The notes under the pieces were generated by a model. The model did not search any database. It was given only the letters and a program-made list of their open reading frames with translations, and was not told the DNA's origin. This document shows, piece by piece, positions 1-9,102 of a stretch of 64,000 nt of DNA (within the stretch, counting starts at the first letter, position 1; each line of letters opens with the position of its first letter). The stretch is taken from contig CAWDEY010000002.1 of NCBI GenBank assembly GCA_963801505.1, forward strand, positions 14,231-78,230, written 5' to 3'. The position numbers were made by a program, and so were the translations under genes. This DNA is from an uncultured Nitrospira sp. (GTDB lineage: Bacteria; Nitrospirota; Thermodesulfovibrionia; Thermodesulfovibrionales; UBA6898).

Positions 1-271
1 TATTTCAAACAGTTATCCAGTCCCTTCCTGATGTCGCGCTTCAACTATTGTTCATTATTTGAAACACGAAACAACAAATCATAAAATATACTTAACCAAT
101 AGTACAAATAGATTTTATCTATTGATAAATGAGCATGTATAGGCACGATAAAGACCGTCTGACATGGCAATTCTAGCTTATTGACAACACCCGAGGATGT
201 AAATTATTCTTAAGGCGTCTTATTAAAATAAATGTCACTGCCGACGAGCTTCCGGAACAGGAAACGGCATA

Positions 272-502
272 ATGTCTGCATTAAAAAAGATCCAGGAGGG
301 CACAGCTTTTCTCCCGGATTACGGGTTTAGAAAGCCCGAGGGAAAAGCGGAAAGCGCCGAAGCAGAAAAAAAGGAAGAGGCTTGGCCAGCAGTAGAGCCC
401 GGCACATCAGTTTCGGGCATTATAGGTTCTGTTATTGTGCTGGCTACTGTCTTATTGATTGGATTTATGATTAAAGCAATACGGAAAAAAACTGGGCCGT
501 AA
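272..502 (+). CDS. small hypothetical protein with C-terminal transmembrane helix
   Basis: 76-aa ORF; charged Lys/Glu-rich N-half, then hydrophobic SGIIGSVIVLATVLLIGFMI and a basic tail; no family recognised. Confidence 0.3.
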   Translation: MSALKKIQEGTAFLPDYGFRKPEGKAESAEAEKKEEAWPAVEPGTSVSGIIGSVIVLATVLLIGFMIKAIRKKTGP

Positions 503-587
503 TCTACGGTATCAGGAATGATGAGGCCACTTCCATAACGTCCATGGAGTGGCCTTATCTGCACCAGGCCAGAACGAGGGCAATAGA

Positions 588-1469
588 TTATTTCGCAAGC
601 AGATAATCAACAAATATTTTGTATAAATGAGGAAGTGTTCGTTTCCGGTGGGTAATGATATAAAACTGTCTCTTCATGTCGGCATCTTTGATCTTGATTT
701 CCCTGAGCATACCGCATTTCAGCTCATCCTTCACAGACCTGCGGGAAATTACCGAGATGCCCATCCCCCCCTTGACGGCCTGCTTGACGGCATCAGTCGA
801 GCCGAATATCCCGACAATATCGAGATGCTGAAAATCGATTCCCTCTTTTTCGAGTATCTTCTCGAACTCCCTCCTTGTGCCTGACCCCTGTTCCCGCATG
901 ACGATGGGGAAACCGGCAATTTCTCTGATCCCCATGTTTTTTCTCACTTCAAAAGAGCCGGATGCAACAGCGATCAGCTCGTCGTCAAGGAAAGGCTTAT
1001 AATCCACCTGCCTTGATTCCAGCCTGGCGCCGACAATGCCAATCAGGAGTTCATCCCCTGCAACCTTGTCGATAATTGCCCGTGAATCGGAAACAACAAT
1101 CTCAAAAAGGACAGACGGGTTCTTCTGCCTGAAAGATACCGTAAGACCGGGAAGGATATAGGTGCCGGGAATCGTACTTGCACCGATCACAAGATGTCCG
1201 GTAAGGTCTTTTCTGAACTCTGCAAGAACATCCTTGAAGCCTTCAACCCTCTCTATGATCTCTTGGGCCCTGCCTATAAGTATCACGGCCTCTCTGGTCG
1301 GGATGATCTTTCTGGGGAGTCTGTCGAAAAGCTTGCAGCTCAACTCCACTTCAAGCGCTTTGATATGGTCGCTCACAGTGGGCTGTGTAAGATTAAGCTC
1401 CTCTGCTGCTATTGAAAAGCTTTTGTGTTTATAGACCAAAGAAAAAACTTTAAGATGGTGTATATCCAT
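588..1469 (-). CDS. LysR-family transcriptional regulator
   Basis: N-terminal wHTH signature HLKVFSLVYKHKSFSIAAEELNLTQPTVSDHIKALE; about 290 aa with a typical LysR substrate-binding C-half. Confidence 0.9.
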   Translation of the reverse strand: MDIHHLKVFSLVYKHKSFSIAAEELNLTQPTVSDHIKALEVELSCKLFDRLPRKIIPTREAVILIGRAQEIIERVEGFKDVLAEFRKDLTGHLVIGASTIPGTYILPGLTVSFRQKNPSVLFEIVVSDSRAIIDKVAGDELLIGIVGARLESRQVDYKPFLDDELIAVASGSFEVRKNMGIREIAGFPIVMREQGSGTRREFEKILEKEGIDFQHLDIVGIFGSTDAVKQAVKGGMGISVISRRSVKDELKCGMLREIKIKDADMKRQFYIITHRKRTLPHLYKIFVDYLLAK

Positions 1470-1548
1470 AATGGAATTAAGTATCTTTTCCTTGTGTGTG
1501 TTGCCGTTAAAAAGCGGCCCTCAGAAATTCTGGCATAGATATTATATA

Positions 1549-2100
1549 TTATCCGGCTTGCTGCTTTTGTGTCGATATCCCGGCCCCGTCCAGGAAAACT
1601 GTAATCGCTCCGTAAGCTGCCGTTGCATCTTTCGCATCATCTGTCGAATATATCCTCATATGCCTGCCTGTACCGGCAAGATTAACCGAGAAAAAAGGCA
1701 GCGAATACCCCTCGATCACCTGGTCTTTTACTTTTATTTCTGCAGTAGCATAATCGTCGAGAGAATAAACCCTGTGCCAGGCAAGAGTTCCTATCTTCCA
1801 GGTCCTCCTAATCGTCCTTTCAGTAAGATCGATTTCGGTGATAATCCGTCGTGCAATAAAGGCTATTGAAGCAAGAAGAACAAGGATAAGCATGATAGTC
1901 GCGAGAAAATTCTGTGGAGTTATAGCGCCCAAGACTGCAATTGCGGGAATGGCTCCCACCATGATCCAGGAGAGTGTCTTCAGGTGAGCGCTTGCAGGTA
2001 TATCGTGGACCACAAGAACGTTATCACTGTTCTTTTCTACAGAGCCTTGGTGTTCCCTCCGGCAATGAGGACCAGAAAGGTGGTTTAAATTCAAATGCAT
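1549..2100 (-). CDS. hypothetical membrane protein
   Basis: 183-aa ORF with two adjacent hydrophobic helices (WIMVGAIPAIAVLGAI, ATIMLILVLLASIAFIA) followed by a soluble domain; no family recognised. Confidence 0.35.
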   Translation of the reverse strand: MHLNLNHLSGPHCRREHQGSVEKNSDNVLVVHDIPASAHLKTLSWIMVGAIPAIAVLGAITPQNFLATIMLILVLLASIAFIARRIITEIDLTERTIRRTWKIGTLAWHRVYSLDDYATAEIKVKDQVIEGYSLPFFSVNLAGTGRHMRIYSTDDAKDATAAYGAITVFLDGAGISTQKQQAG

Positions 2101-2181
2101 AGATCATTATCATATTGCCATAATAAATGAGTCAAATAGCTATTGACTATCCGTTCTTTGTAATGCATAGACTACATCGAT

Positions 2182-2691
2182 GTGCTTTCAGTTTTCACAA
2201 ATGCTACAATATGGTCCAGAATGATAAATATCGATGTTCCCGGCTCAGTTGCCCTTGAGATAGAATATTTTGTGTCCGACTTTTCCGGCACCCTTTCCGA
2301 GGATGGTGTCCTTCTGCCGGGCGTCAGAGAGAAACTAAACGAGCTTGCAGAAATAGTTCATGTGCACGTATTGACCTCTGACACATTCGGAAGGGCACGC
2401 AAAGAGCTTGAAGGCATTTCCTGTACTGTACATATTCTTGAGGGCGAGGATCATACAGGCCAGAAAGAACAGTATGTTGTCAGTCTTGGTGCCGAAAGAG
2501 TTGCTGCGCTCGGAAATGGCAACAATGACGCCCGGATGCTTAAGGCTGCCGCACTCGGGATCGCAGTGTGTTTAAAGGAAGGGTGCTCAGTTGAGGCACT
2601 TCATGTGGCTAAAATATTTGTGCACTCTCCAATGGATGCCGTTGACCTGTTGCTTTACCCTAAGAGACTTATCGCGACTTTGCGGAGATGA
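2182..2691 (+). CDS. HAD-superfamily hydrolase, soluble P-type-ATPase-like domain protein
   Basis: DFSGTL (HAD motif I-like), SDT, and GNGNNDARMLKAAALGIAV (motif IV, P-type ATPase hinge-like); start may be the internal ATG (MINIDVPG). Confidence 0.65.
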   Translation: MLSVFTNATIWSRMINIDVPGSVALEIEYFVSDFSGTLSEDGVLLPGVREKLNELAEIVHVHVLTSDTFGRARKELEGISCTVHILEGEDHTGQKEQYVVSLGAERVAALGNGNNDARMLKAAALGIAVCLKEGCSVEALHVAKIFVHSPMDAVDLLLYPKRLIATLRR

Positions 2692-2810
2692 TTGAGAAAT
2701 AACGTTCGCTATCCAGTTACTAAACCCCAGCAAACTTTGTGGCTCTGCGGTGAACTATTAATCAGAATTTGAAGTTGACAGCTTAAAATCATTTCGTTTA
2801 CATTTATTCA

Positions 2811-3098
2811 ATGAAAAAAATCAGCGTGTTGGTTCTTTGTGTGCTTGTCATTTCTCTGGCAACACCAGTATTTGCCATTACTGCCGCTGTATCGACCAAC
2901 GCCGCTCCAGCTATTTTCACCCTTGATGTCTGCGGATCTTCAGGTCTTTCCCTGTCAGATAATGATGACATGCCATCCATATGCGAGCGTCCCTGTAAAA
3001 TTGTCCAGTTGGAATTTACAGGCTTCCACAATATGTCAAAACCAGTCTTTATACTCCTTTTAATACCCTCTCAGGAAGAACTTCCTCCTAAAGTCTAG
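2811..3098 (+). CDS. small secreted Cys-containing hypothetical protein
   Basis: Signal peptide MKKISVLVLCVLVISLATPVFA; 95 aa; no family recognised. Confidence 0.35.
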   Translation: MKKISVLVLCVLVISLATPVFAITAAVSTNAAPAIFTLDVCGSSGLSLSDNDDMPSICERPCKIVQLEFTGFHNMSKPVFILLLIPSQEELPPKV

Positions 3099-3349
3099 CC
3101 TTCTGTTCCGAAGTCTCCAGGTCATAGTTTTTCAAGGAGTACACGCTGACTGCCTGTATGAGAAAAGCTTTTTCAGACTTTTCTCCCCTTTAAACTCGGC
3201 CCTGCTTCGGAAATTATTGCAAAATAGCTACGAAGCGGAGCCATCTTTTTTCCGGTAATCGCTTTTGGCGCAGGGAGTTCCGACAGGATTCCTGCTTTAC
3301 TCACAGCAAGGTCCGGATTGGACCTATAAAATGAAGGAGGCAATATTTT

Positions 3350-4150
3350 ATGGAAAATGGCAAGTTCTTGGATGAAAAGATCTCAAGAAGAGGTTTGATC
3401 AAAGGCGCGGTTGGCGCTGCCGGTATGGTTGCCCTGGCATCGGGAGGGCTGGGGCTCTTCTCTAATGCCGAGGCAAAAGGAGGGCCCACTGAGAAGTGGC
3501 CGTGGCCATACGTCAAGCTTGACCCGGAAAAAACTGCGGAATTAGCTTACAACGAATGGTATCGGGTATTCTGCGGGGCTGCGGTCATCAACAGTGTGTT
3601 TAGTCAACTCAGCGAAAAAGTGGGCGGGCCTTACAAATCATTCCCAAGCGATGCTTTTGTTTTTCTCGAAGGAGGTATGGTCGGCTGGGGCACAATATGC
3701 GGCTCCAATGCAGGTGCCAACATTGTTGCAAACGTGATTATCGGGCCGCGGATAGCAGGGCCTGAATGTGAAAACGGGGCCGCAATCGGAGCAGACACCC
3801 TGCAATGGTATTCCGATACGGCACTGCCCACTTTTACCCCGAAGGAGCCTAGACAGAAGACAAAGATCATCCAGACAACGAGCAATTCACCCCTCTGTCA
3901 TGTCTCAGTCGGCAAATGGATGAAGGAATCCGGATATGCCCTCAGCAGTCCTGAGAGGAAGGACCGCTGTGCCCGTGTATCAGCGAGCGTTGCCTACAAC
4001 CTTGTTAAGGACCTGAATGCCTGGAAAGACGGTACATATAAACAGAAGTCCAGCTGGAAACCGGCAAGCAACTTCGGTATTACAGCGCAGCAGAACTGCG
4101 CTGAGTGCCATGGGTCGGATATTCCGACTCCACCTTTGGCAAAAAAGTAA
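3350..4150 (+). CDS. Tat-exported redox protein, C_GCAxxG_C_C-like, with C-terminal CxxCH haem-c motif
   Basis: Twin-arginine leader SRRGLIKGAVGAAG; conserved Cys pattern FCGAAV / ICGSNAGA / PLCH / DRCARV; CAECHG close to the C-terminus; good SD (aaggagg) upstream. Confidence 0.55.
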   Translation: MENGKFLDEKISRRGLIKGAVGAAGMVALASGGLGLFSNAEAKGGPTEKWPWPYVKLDPEKTAELAYNEWYRVFCGAAVINSVFSQLSEKVGGPYKSFPSDAFVFLEGGMVGWGTICGSNAGANIVANVIIGPRIAGPECENGAAIGADTLQWYSDTALPTFTPKEPRQKTKIIQTTSNSPLCHVSVGKWMKESGYALSSPERKDRCARVSASVAYNLVKDLNAWKDGTYKQKSSWKPASNFGITAQQNCAECHGSDIPTPPLAKK

Positions 4151-4165
4151 TTTCTCAACGTGCTG

Positions 4166-4204
4166 CACCACAGGGGCAGACAGCTAAGTTCTGCCCCTGT
4201 GGTG
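4166..4204 (+). terminator. 15-bp perfect hairpin downstream of the Tat redox gene (terminator-like, no clear U-tract)
   Basis: CACCACAGGGGCAGA-cagctaagt-TCTGCCCCTGTGGTG, 16 nt after the stop codon. Confidence 0.45.
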
Positions 4205-4243
4205 ATAAAAGGCGCATTGCCTATTGTGCATTAAAATTCGAAG

Positions 4244-4363
4244 ATTGAAGACTCCCTCCGGCAAGACCGCAGGGAATCTCAATGCAAGGAATGTTTTTTC
4301 ATTATATTCGCTCGCTAACCCCGTGGCAAGACCACGGGGAATATCGCTCGCTATCCATTTAAA
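4244..4363. repeat. dispersed structured repeat, family B copy 1
   Basis: Near-identical to 28853-28994; internal inverted repeats ATTGAAGACTCCCT/AGGGAATCTCAAT and CCCCGTGG/CCACGGGG flanked by direct TCGCTCGCTA. Confidence 0.85.
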
Positions 4364-4600
4364 AAAACATTGCCATCTTGCCTACTCCCCTACCCACGTA
4401 GGATTTACAACTATTCTTTTTCAAAAGTAGAATACGTGTGAGAGAAAACAAAACAAGGGATTTGCTGGGACGTTCTTTCAGAGACCATTTTGTGTATCCG
4501 AAGTTACTCCTTGAAGCAAAGAGTGCCTGAGTCGGTTCGATTTGCCGCAACCTTTTCAAAAGAGAAATAAATAGCTTGAGGATAAGGACCAAGTACTGTT

Positions 4601-4891
4601 ATGAGAATGTTATTGTCGGTTGTATTTTTATTTTTTGCGCTTACGTCGTGCGGTTATCAGGAAGGGATAGTCAAAAAATCAGACAGGGGCTTCCTATGGT
4701 TCACGGGGAGGACCGATGATGCGACGGTTAAAATAGATGAAGCCGAACCGTTTTCCCTGAAGGAAGGCAATGTAGTTTATCAAATTACTCCTGGACAACA
4801 TACGATAAAGGTTTTTCGTAACGGTCGGATAGTAATCGACAGGGTCTTATTTATAGACAGTCAATTTACCAAAGAGGTAGAACTTCCATGA
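4601..4891 (+). CDS. small lipoprotein, hypothetical
   Basis: Lipobox FFALTSC after a hydrophobic signal; 96 aa. Confidence 0.45.
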   Translation: MRMLLSVVFLFFALTSCGYQEGIVKKSDRGFLWFTGRTDDATVKIDEAEPFSLKEGNVVYQITPGQHTIKVFRNGRIVIDRVLFIDSQFTKEVELP

Positions 4892-4953
4892 GGTGCCTAA
4901 AAGCCGCTGCCTTCTTGTTTTGTCTTTATTTGCCTTTTGATCTATAATTATTC

Positions 4954-6033
4954 ATGCTGGCTAAAATCCGCGATAAAGTACTCTCAGGGAAACGGCTCAC
5001 TGAAGCCGACTCCTTAGAGCTCTTTAAAAGCGATGACATTTTTATGCTCGCGGCCCTCGCATCGCATGTAGCTGAAAAGAAGAACGGGCGAAAGGCCTAC
5101 TTTGTCAGAAACCGCCATGTCAATCCAACCAATATCTGCGTCAACCGCTGCAGGTTCTGTGCATTCAGCAGGTCAAAAGGGCAGGAAGGCGCGTACGAGA
5201 TGACGGTCTCGGAGATTTTAAAAAAACTCCGGAGTGAAAAGCCAAAACTGAAGGTGCCCTACAGCGAACTCCATATCGTCGGGGGCCTGCACCCTGACTG
5301 GCCCTTCATCTATTACCTGGAACTGGTCTCTGCAATAAAAGAGGAATTTCCGAAACTCCATATAAAGGCCTTCACCGCTGTTGAGATCGACTATTTCTCA
5401 AAGATCAGCGGCCTAAGCCTTGAAGAAACACTCAAGTCCCTGAAACTCTGCGGCCTCGGATCTATGCCGGGAGGAGGCGCTGAGATATTCGCGTCCGGGA
5501 TCAGGAACAGACTTTGCCCTGAAAAGATATCAGGTGAGAGGTGGCTTGAGGTAATGGCAGTTGCCCACAAGGTAGGGCTCAGGACAAATGCAACAATGCT
5601 CTACGGCCATATAGAGTCATATAAAGACCGCGTAGACCACCTCATGAAACTCAGGAAGCTCCAGGACAAAACAGGCGGCTTCCAGGCGTTCATACCCCTT
5701 GCCTATCATCCGAAGAATACAGAGATACAAGGCAACTACACCTCGGGCCTCGATGACCTCAAGACAATAGCTATCAGCCGTCTTTATCTGGATAATTTCG
5801 ATCATATCAAGGCCTACTGGGTGATGCTCGGAGAGAAGATCTCCCAGCTTGCGCTTAAGTTCGGGGCTGACGACATCGACGGTACGATTATTGAGGAGAA
5901 GATCACACATTCCGCAGGCGGGTTGACAGGCGGGCAGCTGACGGCTGAACAATTGAGCGATATGATAAAGAAGGCAGGCAGGATCCCGATAGAAAGGGAT
6001 TCTTTCTACAGGAAAATAAGAAGGGCGGAATGA
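4954..6033 (+). CDS. mqnE: radical-SAM futalosine-pathway enzyme, aminofutalosine synthase (MqnE)-like
   Basis: CVNRCRFCAF CxxxCxxC motif, HIVGGLHPD, GGGAEIF, DGTI; MqnE/MqnC/CofH family architecture; stop overlaps the start of the paralogue (ATGA). Confidence 0.7.
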   Translation: MLAKIRDKVLSGKRLTEADSLELFKSDDIFMLAALASHVAEKKNGRKAYFVRNRHVNPTNICVNRCRFCAFSRSKGQEGAYEMTVSEILKKLRSEKPKLKVPYSELHIVGGLHPDWPFIYYLELVSAIKEEFPKLHIKAFTAVEIDYFSKISGLSLEETLKSLKLCGLGSMPGGGAEIFASGIRNRLCPEKISGERWLEVMAVAHKVGLRTNATMLYGHIESYKDRVDHLMKLRKLQDKTGGFQAFIPLAYHPKNTEIQGNYTSGLDDLKTIAISRLYLDNFDHIKAYWVMLGEKISQLALKFGADDIDGTIIEEKITHSAGGLTGGQLTAEQLSDMIKKAGRIPIERDSFYRKIRRAE

Positions 6034-7187
6034 CAAAGAATAAACAGAAAAAAAATACTGCTGAAAAACGAAAGCAGCCATGCGTCTCTAAATCAGACAG
6101 GATAACGAAGAAAGAGGCCCTGGCCATGCTCAAGGGCGCTGACCTGCTGGATCTCGGCCTGACAGCCGACAGCATGAGAAAGCGTCTTCACCCCAACAAG
6201 ACCGTCACATTCGTTGTTGACCGGAACATCAACTATACGAATGTCTGCATCAACAAATGCACCTTCTGCGCCTTCTGGAGGGATGAAGACGATTCTGACG
6301 CCTATATCCTTGACAGAGATGTCCTCTTTGAAAAGATAGAGGAGACCCTGGACCTGGGAGGCACACAGATACTGATACAGGGGGGACTGCATCCTGATCT
6401 GGATATCGACTGTTACATCGACCTCCTGAGGTCCATAAAGGAGAGGTTCGAGATAAACATCCATGGCTTTTCTCCTCCCGAGATATGCTATATCGCTGAT
6501 TCCTCAGACCTGACGATTCAGGAGACCTTGCGTATTCTGAGAGAGGCAGGTCTTGATTCAGTCCCTGGCGGGGGCGCGGAGATACTCTCTGACAGGGTCA
6601 GGGAGGTCCTGAGTCCGAGAAAGATAAAATCCTCCCGCTGGCTGAAAGTAATGGAGACAGCGCACAGGCTCGGCATGAGGACAACTGCCACAATGATGTT
6701 CGGGAGCATCGAGAGCCCTGAAGATATCATCACTCATCTGGATGCAATCAGGGAGCTCCAGGACAGGACAGGCGGGTTCACGGCCTTTATCCCATGGTCG
6801 TTCCAGCCGGGCAATACGGAATGGTAAATAGCTCTGGAAGCGGGGATTAGCAGCAAACCGACAAAAGCTAACCAGGACCCAGACCCCAGCCCCTCAGATC
6901 AGGCTACCGCTGTTGAGTATCTGAAGGTTCTGGCATTGTCGCGGATATACCTTGATAACATCGACAATATACAGGCCTCATGGGTCACGCAGGGTCTTAA
7001 GCTCGCGCAGGTGGCCCTAAGGTTCGGGGCTAATGACTTCGGTTCAACCATGATAGAGGAAAACGTTGTGGCCTCCACAGGGGTCAGCTTTAAAACCTCA
7101 AAGCACGAGATCATAAATGCTATCAGGTCGGCTGGTTTTATTCCTGCACAGAGAGATACTTACTATAATATTATTAAAAAATATTGA
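6030..7187 (+). pseudogene. mqnC: radical-SAM MqnC-like (cyclic dehypoxanthine futalosine synthase) gene interrupted by an in-frame TAA
   Basis: ORFs 6030-6827 and 6936-7187 are in the same frame; CINKCTFCAF motif; TAA at 6825-6827 sits at the edge of a repeat-derived insertion; the C-part resumes with ATAVEYLKVLALSRIYLDN. Confidence 0.7.
6825..6904 (+). repeat. heptamer-array element inside mqnC
   Basis: C-rich 7-nt periodic arm AACCAGG ACCCAGA CCCCAGC CCCTCAG ATCAGGC, preceded by an A-rich spacer and a G-rich segment GGAAGCGGGGATTAGC. Confidence 0.6.
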
Positions 7188-7196
7188 GGAGGGGTC

Positions 7197-8145
7197 ATGA
7201 CAGACACCGATAATATATACGATGTAATAATAGTTGGCGGAGGGCCTGCAGGATTGATCTGCTGCGCAATATGCTTCGAGGGCGAAACTCAAGACGATAG
7301 TGCTTGACAAGTCTGCTACAGCAGGGGCCCTGGCCTACACAAGCCACATAGAAAATTACCCCGGAGTTTTAGGCCCCATATCAGGGAAAGAACTCCTCGA
7401 CATATTCAGGAAGCAGGCACTGAACTTTGGCGCTGAGCATGTTATCGCGCAGGTCATAGGTGTAAGAATTGAATCCGAGGTCAAGGAAGTCTTTACAATG
7501 GACACCTCCTATAAAGGTAAAAGCATCATCATCGCAACCGGCGCGATGGGCAGAAAGCCGACTATAAAAGGCGAAGCGGAATTTCTTGGCAGGGGCGTCA
7601 GCTATTGCGCTGTCTGCGATGCAGCTTTTTATAAAGGCAGAGATGTCTGTGTCATCGGCAATTCAGAGGAAGCAGTAAAGGAAGCAGGATATCTGACCAA
7701 GTTCGCTGAAACAGTTTATCTTATATCACCGACAAAAGAGCTGAAGGTCGAACATCACCCTGCACTGGAGGCACCAAACCTCAAGGTCTTAACCGGCATG
7801 ACAGTGTCTGCTATAGAAGGGTCTGAGACTGTAGAGAAGATAAAGATTGCCGACCAGGAGAAAAAGGAGACGGAACTCCAGCTCTCAGGGGTATTCGTAT
7901 ATATGCATGGCAGCAAGCCGATCGTGGATTTTCTTTTGGGAACAATGTCACTCACAGAAGAAGAATGCCTCGATTCCAACCGTATGATGGAGACCCCGAC
8001 GCCGGGGGTCTTTGCAGCAGGCGACGTCACCTGCACAGAGGTCAGGCAGGTGGTGACTGCAGTTGCCAACGGCGCTGTCGCTGCCCTTTCCGCTGAAAAA
8101 TATCTGCACCACCGGAGCAGACACAAATACGACTGGGGGAAGTAG
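7197..8145 (+). pseudogene. thioredoxin-reductase-like flavoprotein with a +1 frame break near codon 20
   Basis: ATG 7197 gives MTDTDNIYDVIIVGGGPAGL (FAD GxGxxG). The frame then shifts by +1 around 7255-7260 to SAAQYASRAKLKTIVLDK, continuing into ORF 7300-8145. Redox CAVC present. Confidence 0.7.
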
Positions 8146-8229
8146 GACTGGCTAAGGGCTACCTCCAGAGATAGACCAACCCTGCTGCCCCCCTTATCAT
8201 GGGGAATAGAAAACAGACGCTCTCGTAGC

Positions 8230-8272
8230 TCCTCCCCTGACAAGGGGAGGTTAGGAGGGATTGGCAGGCAGG
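8230..8272. repeat. partial copy of GC-hairpin repeat family D
   Basis: CTCCTCCCCTGACAAGGGGAGGTTAGGAGGGATT matches the second half of 32656-32731 and 45289-45385. Confidence 0.6.
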
Positions 8273-8465
8273 GAGGACTTATGATTTTTCCTCGCTTTAC
8301 GAAGCCTTCCCGACCTTCCGCAGTTCCGCGCTTGCATCCACTCTTTGGGCCTTGAAAATATGGGACAAACGGTTTATTATGGGGAGCATGCTTCATAGAC
8401 CTCTTCCGGCAGGGAGGAAAACTAACATACTCGGAGAGAATACCAAAAATTAAATAGGGGGAAAC

Positions 8466-8897
8466 ATGTTTACATGGAAAGACGAACTGGTTGTAGGTCT
8501 TCAGGAGATAGACGATGAGCATAAAGAGCTTTTTTCCCTTTTTCAGTCACTCTCGTCGGATATAAGTGAAGACAAAGACATTAAGATAGTAGAAAGCGCT
8601 GTTGCCTACCTTGACGAGTACACGCAAGGACATTTCGAAAAGGAAGAGCGCTACATGAAAGACTTTAAGTATCCTGACAGGCAGGAACTGGAGCACAAAA
8701 AAGAGCACAAAAAATTCATAAAGGATTTCTCAAGACTCAAAACACATTTGAGAAAGAAAGGCGATACCTCCCTGTGGTCAATGAAATTGGAAGAGTTCGT
8801 CCGTGACTGGTTCGTCAGCCACATCCAGGAGACTGACAAAAAACTAGCTGAATTTCTTTACAAGCAACTGAAAGAGACATCAAAGAAAATAAAATAG
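8466..8897 (+). CDS. hemerythrin-like metal-binding protein (bacteriohemerythrin)
   Basis: FTWKDELVVGLQEIDDEHKELF opening typical of bacteriohemerythrins; His/Glu ligand pattern (HFEKEE, EHKKEHKKF, WFVSHIQETD). Confidence 0.85.
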   Translation: MFTWKDELVVGLQEIDDEHKELFSLFQSLSSDISEDKDIKIVESAVAYLDEYTQGHFEKEERYMKDFKYPDRQELEHKKEHKKFIKDFSRLKTHLRKKGDTSLWSMKLEEFVRDWFVSHIQETDKKLAEFLYKQLKETSKKIK

Positions 8898-9102
8898 TCT
8901 GAATTGACGATCAAAGCTGCCTGACAATTTGACAGTATTTCCGGTTTTATGTTTTAATAATTTCGCTTTTAAAAATAGCCCGGCGAGGCTAAAAAGGCAA
9001 AGGAGTCAGCGTGAGCTGCATTCAAAACATCAAATCTCAACCAAACCTTCAAAACGCTGCAATTGCGTCCGCGCCAGACTATTTTCCCAACTCCGGAGTC
9101 AT

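Noticed and set aside
181-215. TTGACA ... TTATTC as a promoter for the first small ORF
   Set aside because: The -35 is good, but the -10 candidate is weak and the downstream ORF itself is doubtful.
6825-6827. Recoding (selenocysteine or pyrrolysine) of the in-frame stop in mqnC
   Set aside because: The stop is TAA, not TGA or TAG, and it lies in a repeat-derived insertion rather than at a conserved catalytic position.
7755-8522. 255-aa minus-strand ORF
   Set aside because: It is antisense to the TrxR-like gene and runs through an intergenic repeat. No motifs were seen.
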